Assembly: GCA_042408215.1 (NCBI GenBank)
Contig: JAYFMW010000003.1
Coordinates: 352,001-416,000, forward strand
DNA: 64,000 nucleotides
DNA from: Microcoleus sp.
Lineage (GTDB): Bacteria; Cyanobacteriota; Cyanobacteriia; Cyanobacteriales; Microcoleaceae
Direction of reading: 5' to 3'
The number at the start of each line of letters is the position of its first letter. The first letter of the stretch is position 1. A program made the position numbers and the translations under genes. A model generated the notes under the pieces. That model saw only the letters and a program-made list of their open reading frames with translations, was not told where the DNA came from and did no database searches. Below are positions 53,362 through 64,000 of the stretch, one piece after another.

Positions 53362-54933
53362 TTGTTAGTTTTGAATGAATTACCGACTTGTCCAGGTTTA
53401 TTTTACGGTTCTCGCGCCCGCGACGGAATATTATCGAGGATGCGGATTCCGGGGGGAATTTTAAAGGCGCAGCAGTGTGGGGCGATCGCCGATTTAGTCG
53501 ATCGATACGGTAGCGGCTGTTTGCAAGTCACGAATCGGGCGAATTTGCAAATCCGAGAATTGCACTCGGAAATTCCCCCAGAGGTTTGGAAGCATTTGCA
53601 GGAATTGGGGATAGCGTCTGGCCACGTTGAAGTTGACCCGATTCGTAATATGATGGCAAGTCCGACAGCAGGGATCGATCGCCAACAGTTACTCGATACT
53701 CGCCCCCTAGTTGCGGATTGGGATAATTACCTGCAAACCCATCCTGAATTATCCGAACTTTCGGCTAAATTCAGTATTGGCTTTGACGGCGGAGAATTAG
53801 TTTCGATTCGCGATCGCCCCAATGATATTTTATTAGCAGCAGAAAGGCGATCGGCAGATTCAGAAATCGTTTTTCGGCTGCATTTAAACGGCGATACAGG
53901 AATTATAATTGAACAATCGCAATGTATTGCAGTTTTAGCAGCCCTCGCTAATGTGTATCTTGAATACAGCAAAAATCAGCCTCGAATTGAAGGTAAAAAA
54001 CCGCGTTTACGTCACCTGCTGACAGATTGGGGTGTTGAAAATTATCTAAAACTTGTAGAGAAGAATTTACACAACTTACGCACGGGGGGCAAAAACCCGG
54101 TTTCTGCGTCAAGATTTATCGAAAAAGTGACGATTTTTGGAAGAAACCGGGTTTTTTGCGTAAGCCCTAATTTACCATCTTTATTAAAACAAAGCCCGAT
54201 CGCTTCATCTGAAAAATCCATCCCCAATCACCAACATCTCGGCATTCATCCTCAGCGACAGCCCGGTTTCTCCTACATCGGAATAGCTCTGCCATTAGGT
54301 AGGCTAGAATCAAAGCAATTGCGGAATTTGGGAAAATTAGCCCAAAACTTCGCCGGAGGCACTCTGAGGCTCACGCCTTGGCAAAATCTGTTGATTTCTG
54401 ATATCCCGAACTCCCAGTTGTTTGAGGTCAAACAAAAAATCGCAGATTGGGGATTCCATTGGTCAACAACTCATTTAGACTCATGCTTAGTTGCTTGTGC
54501 CGGCAGCAGTGGCTGTGCGTCGGCGATGACAGATACTCAAAGTCACGCCCTAGCAATGGTGCAAGATTTAGCCCAAAAATTGCAGATCGATCGCCCAATC
54601 AACATTCATTTCAGCGGGTGCAAAAAGTCCTGTGCTCAGCATCACCCAATAGATATTACCCTAGTGGGAATTCAGATGAGACAGGGAAACGAGACGATCG
54701 CAGGTTATGACATTTACGCAGGTAAAACAGACTCACCTTTTGGGCGGCAAATTTTCCAGGGCGTGAGTGTTGTAGAGATGCCAAGTGCGATCGCACAAAT
54801 GCTGCGAATATATCAACGATCGCGATCGCCCGACGAATCCTTTGGCGAATTTGTAGATCGAAGTGCGATCGACAAATTGCAACAGAAGTTCGGCAACGGA
54901 TTTTGTAACGGATTTAAGGGATTTAACGGATAG
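53362..54933 (+). CDS. cobG: Precorrin-3B synthase (TTG start after GGAG, approximate)
   Basis: [39 protein letters not shown]. Confidence 0.88.
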   Translation: MLVLNELPTCPGLFYGSRARDGILSRMRIPGGILKAQQCGAIADLVDRYGSGCLQVTNRANLQIRELHSEIPPEVWKHLQELGIASGHVEVDPIRNMMASPTAGIDRQQLLDTRPLVADWDNYLQTHPELSELSAKFSIGFDGGELVSIRDRPNDILLAAERRSADSEIVFRLHLNGDTGIIIEQSQCIAVLAALANVYLEYSKNQPRIEGKKPRLRHLLTDWGVENYLKLVEKNLHNLRTGGKNPVSASRFIEKVTIFGRNRVFCVSPNLPSLLKQSPIASSEKSIPNHQHLGIHPQRQPGFSYIGIALPLGRLESKQLRNLGKLAQNFAGGTLRLTPWQNLLISDIPNSQLFEVKQKIADWGFHWSTTHLDSCLVACAGSSGCASAMTDTQSHALAMVQDLAQKLQIDRPINIHFSGCKKSCAQHHPIDITLVGIQMRQGNETIAGYDIYAGKTDSPFGRQIFQGVSVVEMPSAIAQMLRIYQRSRSPDESFGEFVDRSAIDKLQQKFGNGFCNGFKGFNG

Positions 54934-54956
54934 AAGACGGATTTTGTTAGTGCTAC

Positions 54957-55058
54957 CCATGCCCAATTCCCAATTCCAATTCCCAATTCCCAATTCCCAA
55001 TTCCCAATTCCCAATTCCCAATTCCCAATTCCCAATTCCCAATTCCCAATTCCCAATT
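54957..55058. repeat. STRR TTCCCAA array
   Basis: Visible tandem heptamers. Confidence 0.9.
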
Positions 55059-55064
55059 ATCCTA

Positions 55065-55290
55065 GTCAGGAACTCAGGTCTAAAGACACGCTCGCTTGTA
55101 AGAAATTACAAGCTATTCTGACCAGACCCCTTTCACGAGGAGACGTTATTTAGGTCACGATACCGGAGAATGCGACGCTAGTTTTCCGCTCTATCATCTG
55201 CAATTAAACAGTTTTAAAGTCACTGAAACAGTGTTGCAGGTCAAAAAAGCCTTTATAACCAGGTCGAAGCGAACATTACAAGCAATTGGA
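55065..55290 (+). ncRNA. IscB omegaRNA (HEARO-like) scaffold
   Basis: GTCAG...CTGACCAGA, ACGTTA, GAATGC..GCTAG..CGCTCT, TTAAACAG..AACAGTG, GTCGAAGCGAACATTAC directly upstream of iscB. Confidence 0.8.
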
Positions 55291-55301
55291 GGGACACAAC
55301 A

Positions 55302-56573
55302 ATGTCTAATCTCGTTTTCGTACTTGATACCAAGAAAAAACCGCTCACACCCTGTAAGCCGTCAATAGCTCACAAGTTGTTAACGGCAGGAAAAGCTGCG
55401 GTTTTTAGAAGGTATCCATTTACCATCATTCTCAAAAAGGCGGTGACAGCAACTCCTAAATTAATTACTCTCAAATTAGATCCGGGTTCTCAAACTACGG
55501 GGATTGCTTTGGTTCAAGACGATCAAGTTATTTTTGGTGCTGAACTAACCCATCGAGGTCAAACAATTAAAGCGTCTTTGGAGTCCCGAAGCGAGTTACG
55601 TCAAGGAAGACGAAGCCGTCATACTCGTTATCGTCAGGCAAGATTTTTAAATCGCACCCGCTCGAAGGGTTGGTTAGCACCCTCCTTACAGCATCGAGTC
55701 GAAACTACTTTGACTTGGGTGACTAAGTTGATCAAACTTGCGCCCATCGGTTCAATTGTTCAAGAACTGGTCAGATTTGACCTGCAACAATTAGAAAATC
55801 CTGAAATTTCAGGCATTGAATATCAGCAAGGAGAATTAGCTGGCTACGAAGTTCGGGAATATCTCTTGAACAAATGGGACAGAAAATGCGCTTATTGCGG
55901 CGTAGAAAATGTACCATTGCAAGTAGAACATATTCACCCTAAAGCCAAAGGTGGCGGTAATCGCATTTCTAACCTTTGCCTTGCTTGTGAGAAGTGCAAC
56001 CTCAAGAAAGGCACTCAAGATATCAGGCAATTCTTAGTCAAGAAGCCCGACGTTTTGAAGCGCATTCTTGCACAAGCTAAACGTCCTCTCAAGGATGCAG
56101 CAGCCGTCAACTCTACCAGATGGGCATTGTTCAATCGCCTTAAAGAAACGGGATTGTCTGTTTTAAGTGGTTCGGGTGGATTAACTAAGTTCAACCGGAC
56201 TCGATTGAAACTACCTAAAACCCATTGGCTGGATGCAGCTTGTGTTGGTCAAGTTGAATCATTATCTGTGCTGACAAACAAGCCGTTGTTGATTAAGGCG
56301 ACGGGACACGGCACTCGTCAAATGTGTCGCACGGACAAATTTGGCTTCCCATCTCGGTATGTTCCTCGGAACAAGTTTGTCAAAGGTTTTCAGACAGGCG
56401 ACATCGTAAAAGCAGTTGTCACAAGTGGCAAGAAAATCGGTGAATATGTTGGTCGGGTTGCAGTTAGAACGACGGGTTCGTTCAATATCTCAGCCTCAGA
56501 ATTGGTGCAAGGCGTTGGTCATAAATACTGCAAAATAGTTCACCATAAAGATGGTTACAGTTACTTATTTTGA
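55302..56573 (+). CDS. iscB: RNA-guided endonuclease IscB
   Basis: VFVLD..KKPLTPC, RuvC-I LDPGS, Arg-rich helix, RuvC-II ELVRFD, HNH CAYC..EHIHP..CEKCN, RuvC-III HWLDAAC. Confidence 0.95.
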   Translation: MSNLVFVLDTKKKPLTPCKPSIAHKLLTAGKAAVFRRYPFTIILKKAVTATPKLITLKLDPGSQTTGIALVQDDQVIFGAELTHRGQTIKASLESRSELRQGRRSRHTRYRQARFLNRTRSKGWLAPSLQHRVETTLTWVTKLIKLAPIGSIVQELVRFDLQQLENPEISGIEYQQGELAGYEVREYLLNKWDRKCAYCGVENVPLQVEHIHPKAKGGGNRISNLCLACEKCNLKKGTQDIRQFLVKKPDVLKRILAQAKRPLKDAAAVNSTRWALFNRLKETGLSVLSGSGGLTKFNRTRLKLPKTHWLDAACVGQVESLSVLTNKPLLIKATGHGTRQMCRTDKFGFPSRYVPRNKFVKGFQTGDIVKAVVTSGKKIGEYVGRVAVRTTGSFNISASELVQGVGHKYCKIVHHKDGYSYLF

Positions 56574-56660
56574 TTTTGAAGATTCAAGGCGGTTGAAACC
56601 GCCTGGTCGTTTCCCTCTCAGGACTAAAGTCGCTGAGTTTCCCACTTACCGAGTGTTTTT

Positions 56661-57290
56661 ATGATTGACTACATTCGAGACGGAACCGAAATATACACCA
56701 AATCCTTCGCCACAATTCGAGCCGAAGCCAATTTGTCAACCTTACCAGAAGACTTAGAATCCGTCGCAGTGCGCCTAATTCACAGTTGCGGCATGACAGA
56801 TATTGTCGCAGACTTAGCAGCTTCCCCCGGTGCAGCCACCGCTGGGCGCAACGCCCTCGCAGCCGGCGCGCCCATCCTGTGCGATTCCCGCATGGTAGCC
56901 GAAGGCATCACTCGCAAACGCCTCCGGGCCGACAATGCCGTGATTTGCACCCTTTGGCATCCCGAAGTCCCGGAATTGGCGCTACAAATGGGAAATACTC
57001 GATCGGCCGCAGCCCTTGATTTGTGGCTAAATGACTTAGAGGGGGCGGTAGTGGCGATCGGCAATGCCCCGACTGCTTTGTTCCGACTGCTGGAAATGTT
57101 GGATGATGGAGCCCCGAAACCAGCCTTAATTCTGGGTTTCCCGGTAGGATTTGTCGGCGCCGCCGAATCCAAAGCGGAACTGGCTGCGAACAGTCGGGGA
57201 GTGCCATTTATTACAGTGCACGGACGGCGCGGTGGCAGTGCAATGGCAACGGCGGCAGTGAATGCGTTAGCGAAAAAGGACGAACTATGA
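56661..57290 (+). CDS. cobH: Precorrin-8X methylmutase
   Basis: IY..SFATIR, GNTRSAAA, IGNAPTAL, PVGFVGAAESK, GRRGGS. Confidence 0.95.
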   Translation: MIDYIRDGTEIYTKSFATIRAEANLSTLPEDLESVAVRLIHSCGMTDIVADLAASPGAATAGRNALAAGAPILCDSRMVAEGITRKRLRADNAVICTLWHPEVPELALQMGNTRSAAALDLWLNDLEGAVVAIGNAPTALFRLLEMLDDGAPKPALILGFPVGFVGAAESKAELAANSRGVPFITVHGRRGGSAMATAAVNALAKKDEL

Positions 57291-57291
57291 C

Positions 57292-57625
57292 CCATAATTT
57301 ATTGATGGTACAAGCCCCCGGATTTATCCGTGGAATCAATCCCAAATCCAAAATCCCAAATCTAAAATCCCAAATCTAAAATCCTCAAGCCCCCGAATTT
57401 ATCCGTGGGATCAATCCCAAATCCAAAATCTAAAATCTAAAATCTAAAATCGAATGACCCATAATTTATTGATGGTACAAGCCCCCGGATTTATCCGTGG
57501 AATCAATCCCAAATCCAAAATCCCAAATCTAAAATCCCAAATCTAAAATCCTCAAGCCCCCGAATTTATCCGTGGGATCAATCCCAAATCCAAAATCTAA
57601 AATCTAAAATCTAAAATCGAATGAC
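57292..57625 (+). mobile_element. Two tandem 167-bp copies of the TGAC-bounded small element
   Basis: GGTACAAGCCCCCGGATTTATCCGTGG core plus heptamers, each unit ending GAATGAC. Confidence 0.85.
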
Positions 57626-58331
57626 TGAGACTACTGGTAAATTGTACGGTTTGGGTATTGGCCCTGGCGATCCTGAGTTGATTACTTTGAAAGCTTATCG
57701 GATTTTGCAATCGGTGCCTGTGATTGCCTATCCGGCGATGGAAAATGGTAAGGTGCTGGCGCGGGCGATCGTCGCAGATTATCTGCGCCCGGAGCAAATT
57801 GAGATTCCGATGCCGCTGCCTTTTAGTCCCACGCGATCGTCTCAACCTTATTATGATATTGCTGCCGAGAAGATTGCAGCCCATCTGGGCGAAGGACGGG
57901 ATGTGGCGGTGCTGTGTGAGGGCGAACCTTTTCTCTACGGCACGTTTATGTATCTATTCAACCGTTTGTCGGCAACATTTACTACGGTCGTTGTACCGGG
58001 AATTTCTTCGACAATGGCGAGTGCGGCTGCTTTGGGAGTGCCGCTGACTTATCGTAATGATGTGTTAAGTATTATGCCTGCGACGCTGGATGCTGAGGTT
58101 TTGCGCGATCGACTGGCGCTTGTTGATGCTGCTGTGATTATTAAGCTGGGCCGACATTTTGCTAAGGTTCGGGATGTGTTGATTGAGTTGGAACTATTCG
58201 ATCGAGCTTTGTATATCGAACGCGCAACTATGCCAAATCAGCGAATTCGGGCGATCGCAGATGTCGATCCCGCTGAAGTTCCCTATTGGGCTCTGATTAT
58301 GATCCCCAGCCAGCAAAAGTCTGTATCCTAG
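57621..58331 (+). CDS. cobI: Precorrin-2 C20-methyltransferase
   Basis: LYGLGIGPGDPELITLKA, CEGEPFLYG, VVPGISS. Confidence 0.93.
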   Translation: MTETTGKLYGLGIGPGDPELITLKAYRILQSVPVIAYPAMENGKVLARAIVADYLRPEQIEIPMPLPFSPTRSSQPYYDIAAEKIAAHLGEGRDVAVLCEGEPFLYGTFMYLFNRLSATFTTVVVPGISSTMASAAALGVPLTYRNDVLSIMPATLDAEVLRDRLALVDAAVIIKLGRHFAKVRDVLIELELFDRALYIERATMPNQRIRAIADVDPAEVPYWALIMIPSQQKSVS

Positions 58332-58572
58332 CTGTAGGCTAAACACTTTCCATGCCTGAAGGCGACGCGCTTCCAGGCTTTACCTACTTTTTTGTGCATT
58401 CTTGCCCATTTATCCACCATTCCTGATATTGATAACTCCAGCTTATGACTTTCATCAGTTAATCTGTTGTTAAAATACTTTACAAACCTTAGAATATGCT
58501 TTATGTTTATTTACATGGCGGAACAAACAACCGCCACGAACATTGAAAACCAAATAAAGCAATCATAAACAA

Positions 58573-59655
58573 ATGACAACAACCTTACAGCAACGCGAAA
58601 GCGCCAATGTCTGGGAACGCTTCTGCGAATGGGTCACAAGCACAGACAACCGGATTTATATCGGTTGGTTCGGCGTCTTGATGATTCCTACCCTCTTAAG
58701 CGCCACCATCTGCTACATCGTCGCCTTCATTGGTGCACCTCCTGTAGACATCGACGGCATCCGCGAACCAGTTGCTGGTTCCTTGATGTTCGGTAACAAC
58801 ATCATCACAGGTGCTGTTGTTCCTTCTTCTAACGCGATCGGCTTACACTTCTACCCAATCTGGGAAGCTGCTTCCCTCGATGAGTGGTTGTACAACGGCG
58901 GCCCTTACCAATTGGTAATTTTCCACTTCCTGATCGGTGTATTTTGCTACATGGGTCGTGAATGGGAACTGTCCTACCGCTTAGGAATGCGCCCTTGGAT
59001 TTGCGTAGCCTACTCTGCACCAGTTGCAGCAGCTACCGCAGTATTCTTGATCTACCCGATCGGACAAGGCTCATTCTCAGACGGTATGCCTTTGGGTATC
59101 TCCGGTACATTCAACTTCATGATCGTGTTCCAAGCTGAGCACAACATCCTGATGCACCCCTTCCACATGTTGGGAGTTGCTGGTGTATTCGGTGGTTCTT
59201 TGTTCTCCGCCATGCACGGTTCTTTGGTAACATCTTCCTTGGTTCGTGAAACAACCGAAACCGAATCGCAAAACTACGGTTACAAATTCGGTCAAGAAGA
59301 AGAAACCTACAACATCGTTGCAGCCCACGGCTACTTCGGTCGTTTGATTTTCCAATATGCGAGCTTTAACAACAGCCGTTCTTTGCACTTCTTCTTGGGT
59401 GCATGGCCAGTTGTCGGTATCTGGTTCACAGCACTGGGTATCTCCACAATGGCTTTCAACTTGAACGGTTTCAACTTCAACCAATCGATTATCGACTCTC
59501 AAGGTCGTGTCATCAACACTTGGGCTGATGTCATCAACCGCGCTAACTTGGGTATGGAAGTAATGCACGAGCGCAATGCTCACAACTTCCCTCTCGACTT
59601 GGCCGCTGGTGAAACAACTCCTGTGGCTTTGGTTGCTCCTTCTATCAACGGCTAA
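58573..59655 (+). CDS. psbA: Photosystem II D1 protein (Glu130 form)
   Basis: Canonical 360-aa D1 sequence. Confidence 0.99.
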   Translation: MTTTLQQRESANVWERFCEWVTSTDNRIYIGWFGVLMIPTLLSATICYIVAFIGAPPVDIDGIREPVAGSLMFGNNIITGAVVPSSNAIGLHFYPIWEAASLDEWLYNGGPYQLVIFHFLIGVFCYMGREWELSYRLGMRPWICVAYSAPVAAATAVFLIYPIGQGSFSDGMPLGISGTFNFMIVFQAEHNILMHPFHMLGVAGVFGGSLFSAMHGSLVTSSLVRETTETESQNYGYKFGQEEETYNIVAAHGYFGRLIFQYASFNNSRSLHFFLGAWPVVGIWFTALGISTMAFNLNGFNFNQSIIDSQGRVINTWADVINRANLGMEVMHERNAHNFPLDLAAGETTPVALVAPSING

Positions 59656-59671
59656 GTTTTAGCTTTTGATT

Positions 59672-59709
59672 AACAAAAAGCGCTCCTAGAAATAGGGGCG
59701 CTTTTTGTT
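59672..59709 (+). terminator. Intrinsic terminator after psbA copy 1
   Basis: AACAAAAAGCGC...GCGCTTTTTGTT. Confidence 0.85.
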
Positions 59710-59927
59710 TGGGAAAAAAGATTTTTCTAACGTTCTTTGTGGCTGAGTTTCTTATTTATTTAAACTACGTTTCTTCAGACACAGCAAGCAATCCAACGTC
59801 CGATAACCAAAACTTATCACCGTCATCAGTTTAACTGTCGCCAAACCCCTTTACAAACCAGAGTGATTACCGTAATAATAGAGACATCATCCGAACATTG
59901 ACAACCAAATACAGCAATCATAAACAA

Positions 59928-61010
59928 ATGACAACAACCTTACAACAACGCGAAAGCGCCAATGTCTGGGAACGCTTCTGCGAGTGGGTCACAAGCACAG
60001 ACAACCGGATTTATATCGGTTGGTTCGGCGTCTTGATGATTCCTACCCTCTTAAGCGCCACCATCTGCTACATCGTCGCCTTCATTGGTGCACCTCCTGT
60101 AGACATCGACGGCATCCGCGAACCAGTGGCTGGTTCCTTGATGTTCGGTAACAACATCATCACAGGTGCTGTTGTTCCTTCGTCTAACGCCATCGGTCTT
60201 CACTTCTACCCAATCTGGGAAGCTGCTTCCCTCGATGAGTGGTTGTACAACGGCGGCCCTTACCAATTGGTAATTTTCCACTTCCTGATCGGTGTATTTT
60301 GCTACATGGGTCGTGAATGGGAACTGTCCTACCGCTTAGGAATGCGCCCTTGGATTTGCGTAGCCTACTCTGCACCAGTTGCAGCAGCTACCGCAGTATT
60401 CTTGATCTACCCGATCGGACAAGGCTCCTTCTCAGACGGTATGCCTTTGGGTATCTCCGGTACATTCAACTTCATGATCGTGTTCCAAGCCGAGCACAAC
60501 ATCCTGATGCACCCCTTCCATATGTTGGGAGTTGCTGGTGTCTTCGGTGGTTCTTTGTTCTCCGCCATGCACGGTTCTTTGGTAACATCTTCCTTGGTTC
60601 GTGAAACAACCGAAACCGAATCGCAAAACTACGGTTACAAATTCGGTCAAGAAGAAGAAACCTACAACATCGTTGCAGCCCACGGCTACTTCGGTCGTTT
60701 GATTTTCCAATATGCGAGCTTTAACAACAGCCGTTCTTTGCACTTCTTCTTGGGTGCATGGCCAGTTGTCGGTATCTGGTTCACAGCACTGGGTATCTCC
60801 ACAATGGCTTTCAACTTGAACGGTTTCAACTTCAACCAATCGATTATCGACTCTCAAGGTCGTGTCATCAACACTTGGGCTGATGTCATCAACCGCGCTA
60901 ACTTGGGTATGGAAGTAATGCACGAGCGCAATGCTCACAACTTCCCTCTCGACTTGGCCGCTGGTGAAACAACTCCTGTGGCTTTGGTTGCTCCTTCTAT
61001 CAACGGCTAA
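59928..61010 (+). CDS. psbA: Photosystem II D1 protein, second copy (same protein)
   Basis: Translation from ATG 59928 matches copy 1. Confidence 0.99.
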   Translation: MTTTLQQRESANVWERFCEWVTSTDNRIYIGWFGVLMIPTLLSATICYIVAFIGAPPVDIDGIREPVAGSLMFGNNIITGAVVPSSNAIGLHFYPIWEAASLDEWLYNGGPYQLVIFHFLIGVFCYMGREWELSYRLGMRPWICVAYSAPVAAATAVFLIYPIGQGSFSDGMPLGISGTFNFMIVFQAEHNILMHPFHMLGVAGVFGGSLFSAMHGSLVTSSLVRETTETESQNYGYKFGQEEETYNIVAAHGYFGRLIFQYASFNNSRSLHFFLGAWPVVGIWFTALGISTMAFNLNGFNFNQSIIDSQGRVINTWADVINRANLGMEVMHERNAHNFPLDLAAGETTPVALVAPSING

Positions 61011-61026
61011 GTTTTAGCTTTTGATT

Positions 61027-61064
61027 AACAAAAAGCGCTCCTAGAAATAGGGGCGCTTTTTGTT
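61027..61064 (+). terminator. Intrinsic terminator after psbA copy 2
   Basis: Identical to 59672-59709. Confidence 0.85.
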
Positions 61065-61347
61065 TGGGCTTTTCCCCAAATCCAAGAAACCGGGTTTCTG
61101 CGATAATTGGAATCTTCACCGAGATTTTACGAAGAAACCCGGTTTCTGACTCCCACGCGATCGCCCATCTCTACGGGGGGCCAAAAACCCGGTTTCTGCC
61201 TGAATATTTGTCGAAAAAACCGACGATTTTTGGAAGAAACCGGGTTTTTTGCGTAAGTCCTAAAACAAAGTCTGCCTCCGCAGACTAAAGAATAGAATAT
61301 TAGGATAGGCTTATATTATGGAAGAGCGATCGTAAAAGGTAAGTCAA

Positions 61348-61554
61348 ATGGTTGTCGCAATTTCTAAAGCAGGATTGGGTACAGGTGTGGCTTTCCTGTC
61401 AAACGTGACATGGGAGACTTTGGAAAAGTTGGATGCAAATTTGGCTGAAACTGGGGCACATTTAACTTATTTGGATGGGTGTTTAGAAATTATGAGTCCT
61501 TTATCTGAGGCTCATGAAGAACCTATATTAGTAGGGTGCGTCACATTTAGATAA
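61348..61554 (+). pseudogene. Uma2 family N-terminal fragment truncated at a GTAG REP doublet
   Basis: LSNVTWE, LTYLDGCLEIMSP..HE, then GTAGGGTGCGTCAC...GTGACACACTCTAC at 61531-61598. Confidence 0.75.
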
Positions 61555-61607
61555 ATTTTCGATCGAACAGATCGATTATAGCAGGTGACACACTCTACTA
61601 AGTAAAG

Positions 61608-62501
61608 CTAACGTCGATAGAGAGTGCCATCAGGCATTTTTGCACCGTTGAGATTTGCTTGTCTCAAGTCTGCACCACTCAGGTTAGCTTGCTGTAAGTT
61701 GCTACCAGTAAAGTTTGCTTTTTGTAAGTCAACCCCACTTAAGTCTACTGCACTCAACTTGTTTGCTAGTAAATTTAGTAAGTCTTGACTATTTAGGGTG
61801 GAACTTCGCCAGAAAGCGCTGTTATTTAGATGTAGCTGAATTAACCCTAGTAATTCGTCCTTACTAAGATTTACCTGATTAGGATCGCTTTTGATTAAGT
61901 TAATTAAATCATGCTGATTTAGCTTAGAGTTGACTAGCTTCTGTACATCTTGCTGGCTTAAGTTAACTTTATTCCAGTCTAACCCGCTGAAATCCAAGTT
62001 ACTAGGGTCAGCTTTGATAAAATTGACTAACTCTTGCTTGCTCAAGTTAGCTTTAACTATCTTGATTGAATCTTCCTTACTCAACTTAATTTTACTCCAG
62101 TCAAATCCCTGGAAATCTAAGTTGCCAGGGTTTTTAACTTTGCTGATTTTGACTTCACTCAAGTCAGCACCTGTCAAGTCTACGCCAGTCAAATTTGCAC
62201 CACTCAAATCTGATCTTCTCAAATCAGCATTATGCAGGTTAACACCTTGTAGATTCTTACCACTGAGGTTAGCACCTGGTTTGATTTCGATTTCAGCGGC
62301 TACTGCATTGCTTGTAGAGTCTTTACTGCCACAAGTTCCTTGTCCGAAAACTAAAAAGCAATCAGTTTTTTTAGTGACATTAGGTGGACTTCCTTCTGCT
62401 CTGACTTGAGCCGGGTGCATTAGGAGGATTCCAAAACATAAAAATGCGACAATTAAAAACTTGCTAATCAACTTGTTAGCGATTGTAATTTGAGGTAGCA
62501 T
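61608..62501 (-). CDS. Exported pentapeptide-repeat protein
   Basis: Signal peptide; A(D/N)LxG repeats; GAKMPDG terminus. Confidence 0.8.
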   Translation of the reverse strand: MLPQITIANKLISKFLIVAFLCFGILLMHPAQVRAEGSPPNVTKKTDCFLVFGQGTCGSKDSTSNAVAAEIEIKPGANLSGKNLQGVNLHNADLRRSDLSGANLTGVDLTGADLSEVKISKVKNPGNLDFQGFDWSKIKLSKEDSIKIVKANLSKQELVNFIKADPSNLDFSGLDWNKVNLSQQDVQKLVNSKLNQHDLINLIKSDPNQVNLSKDELLGLIQLHLNNSAFWRSSTLNSQDLLNLLANKLSAVDLSGVDLQKANFTGSNLQQANLSGADLRQANLNGAKMPDGTLYRR

Positions 62502-62645
62502 CGTAAACTTTATCCTACAGTGAGTTTGACAGAGATTGAGACAGATATAATATTTGCTAGTCTAACAGCAAAATAGGGAAACGGCGCGATCGATCGCGCT
62601 ACTTTTTTAAAGTATAGTTTCCCTAACTGTTGTTCCCACATTTAG

Positions 62646-63629
62646 CTAGCGAGGCCCAGCTTCAATAGCAGAATTGGCTATGTTAACGAGCATTTTCTCT
62701 TCCCCATTCTTCATCGTTACTCGATACAAAACGCCTTGATACTGCCATTCAACTAAGGCCGTGCAGTAAGCACCACAACCATTGTAAAAAACTCCTTGTG
62801 TTCGGCCTGCTAATTGAATAGTTTTGAATTCACTCCTAAATCCTCTAGGCGGTGATTGGGCTGGTTCTCCACCTCTTTCTGCTGAGATACTCCCGATATA
62901 GCAAGGCGTACTGTTGCAATTAGGTATGTGGCCCATTTCAACACTATAGCCATTTGTTTCTACTTGGCTTTTAAAGTAAATTTTTTGTGAGAATGGAAGC
63001 TGACTGGGTAAAAAAATTGGTACTCTCGTCTTACCTTGAATTTCCGAGAGAATTTCCCGCACCGGAAAAACACTACTCGATCGCGAATTACCACCTTCAG
63101 AATTAGCAGACTGAGGGCGAAACCCTTGCACAAAATTCGTCCACCGCTGAATTTTATTACCAGTAATATCTAAAATGGGAATAGAACGAGTCCTTGATAT
63201 TGGGCGCCCAGCCTCCTCCTGAGAATATTCGATCGCAGTACGCTCTGGTTTCCCTAAACCATAAGTATTAGCAATCTCGCTAGCCAACTGACAGTTGATT
63301 TTGAATTTACCCATGTCAATTTTACCATTTCCAGCGAAGTAATACCAAGTCCTACCGCCAGCGTTGGGTATCTCCTGACAATCAGAATATGTCACCTCAA
63401 ACATCTTGGCAATATGCACGTCATAGAGGCGCAATTGACCCCCATAAGCAGATTTTGTGGTATTCGTTTCTGACACCGTAAGGGTATAGGTTCCTTCCGC
63501 GTGTTGCAGTCTCATGGGAACTTGTGTTTGAGCGATCGCCCCTGGTATCCCCTGTATTGGTGTGACTGCTTCCCAACTCAAAGTAACAGCACTCAAAGTT
63601 ACAAGAAATAGCCTTTTTTTAATAGTCAT
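62646..63629 (-). CDS. Hypothetical secreted two-domain protein
   Basis: Signal-like N-terminus (MTIKKRLF), Cys pairs, CGAYC motif. Confidence 0.7.
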   Translation of the reverse strand: MTIKKRLFLVTLSAVTLSWEAVTPIQGIPGAIAQTQVPMRLQHAEGTYTLTVSETNTTKSAYGGQLRLYDVHIAKMFEVTYSDCQEIPNAGGRTWYYFAGNGKIDMGKFKINCQLASEIANTYGLGKPERTAIEYSQEEAGRPISRTRSIPILDITGNKIQRWTNFVQGFRPQSANSEGGNSRSSSVFPVREILSEIQGKTRVPIFLPSQLPFSQKIYFKSQVETNGYSVEMGHIPNCNSTPCYIGSISAERGGEPAQSPPRGFRSEFKTIQLAGRTQGVFYNGCGAYCTALVEWQYQGVLYRVTMKNGEEKMLVNIANSAIEAGPR

Positions 63630-64000
63630 CTGCCCCTCAAAACCCAAAGTGCATTCTCCATTAGCTTGTAAAAATTGATCTCAAAATTAATATTAATACT
63701 GTTTTAAGAGTACCGCAACCGTAATTTAACGGTGCTGCCTCTAACAAATCTATGGCTTACGCAAAAAACCCGGTTTCTAGGAAAAATCGTGGATAGATTC
63801 GATAAATATTGACGCAGAAACCGGGTTTTTGACCCCATGCGTAAGTCCTGACTCTCCCCTCAGTCCTCTGCGTCAAAAGCAATTATAGGGTGCGTCAGTG
63901 AAAATAAATCTCGAATTTGAGAACAGGACTTCCCCTGACGCACCTTACTCACTACTAACTGAGTCTAAGCTCTAAATTCGATGTGAAGAATTTATTACAG

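Larger units (their letters stand above)
55065..56660 (+). mobile_element. IS200/IS605-family iscB-only element
   Basis: Related hairpins CTCAGGTCTAAAGAC (left) and CTCAGGACTAAAGTCGCTGAG (right); no tnpA. Confidence 0.8.

Noticed and set aside
59077..60938. Two 168-aa minus-strand ORFs
   Set aside because: Antisense shadows of psbA codon bias

Overview
64 kb of a filamentous cyanobacterial chromosome, probably Microcoleus/Oscillatoria-like (inferred from dense HIP1 GCGATCGC sites, heptamer STRR arrays and gene content). Core genes: potADBC, two tandem delta-9 desaturases, pfkA, a BciB-type vinyl reductase, rimO-crhR, a mycosporine (mysABCD) cluster, ribH, psbZ, a DHH/CBS tRNA nucleotidyltransferase, trmD, cphBA, a cobalamin cluster with riboswitch, and tandem psbA. 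The most unusual observations: (1) a 46-52 kb island with two double-glycine-leader small proteins, an RTX protein and a DUF4347 adhesin, carrying eight copies of a TGCCA-N3-TGGCA palindrome, five of them exactly 22 nt upstream of a TANNNT box; (2) three ORF-less IS200/IS605-type mini-elements retaining a TnpB reRNA-like right end, upstream of crhR and psbZ; (3) an intact IscB with omegaRNA inserted at the cobH start codon, its predicted guide partly STRR repeat; (4) a small TGAC-targeting element that amplifies in tandem; (5) an LRR lipoprotein with invariant scaffold and hypervariable face. All calls come from reading the sequence; no searches were run.
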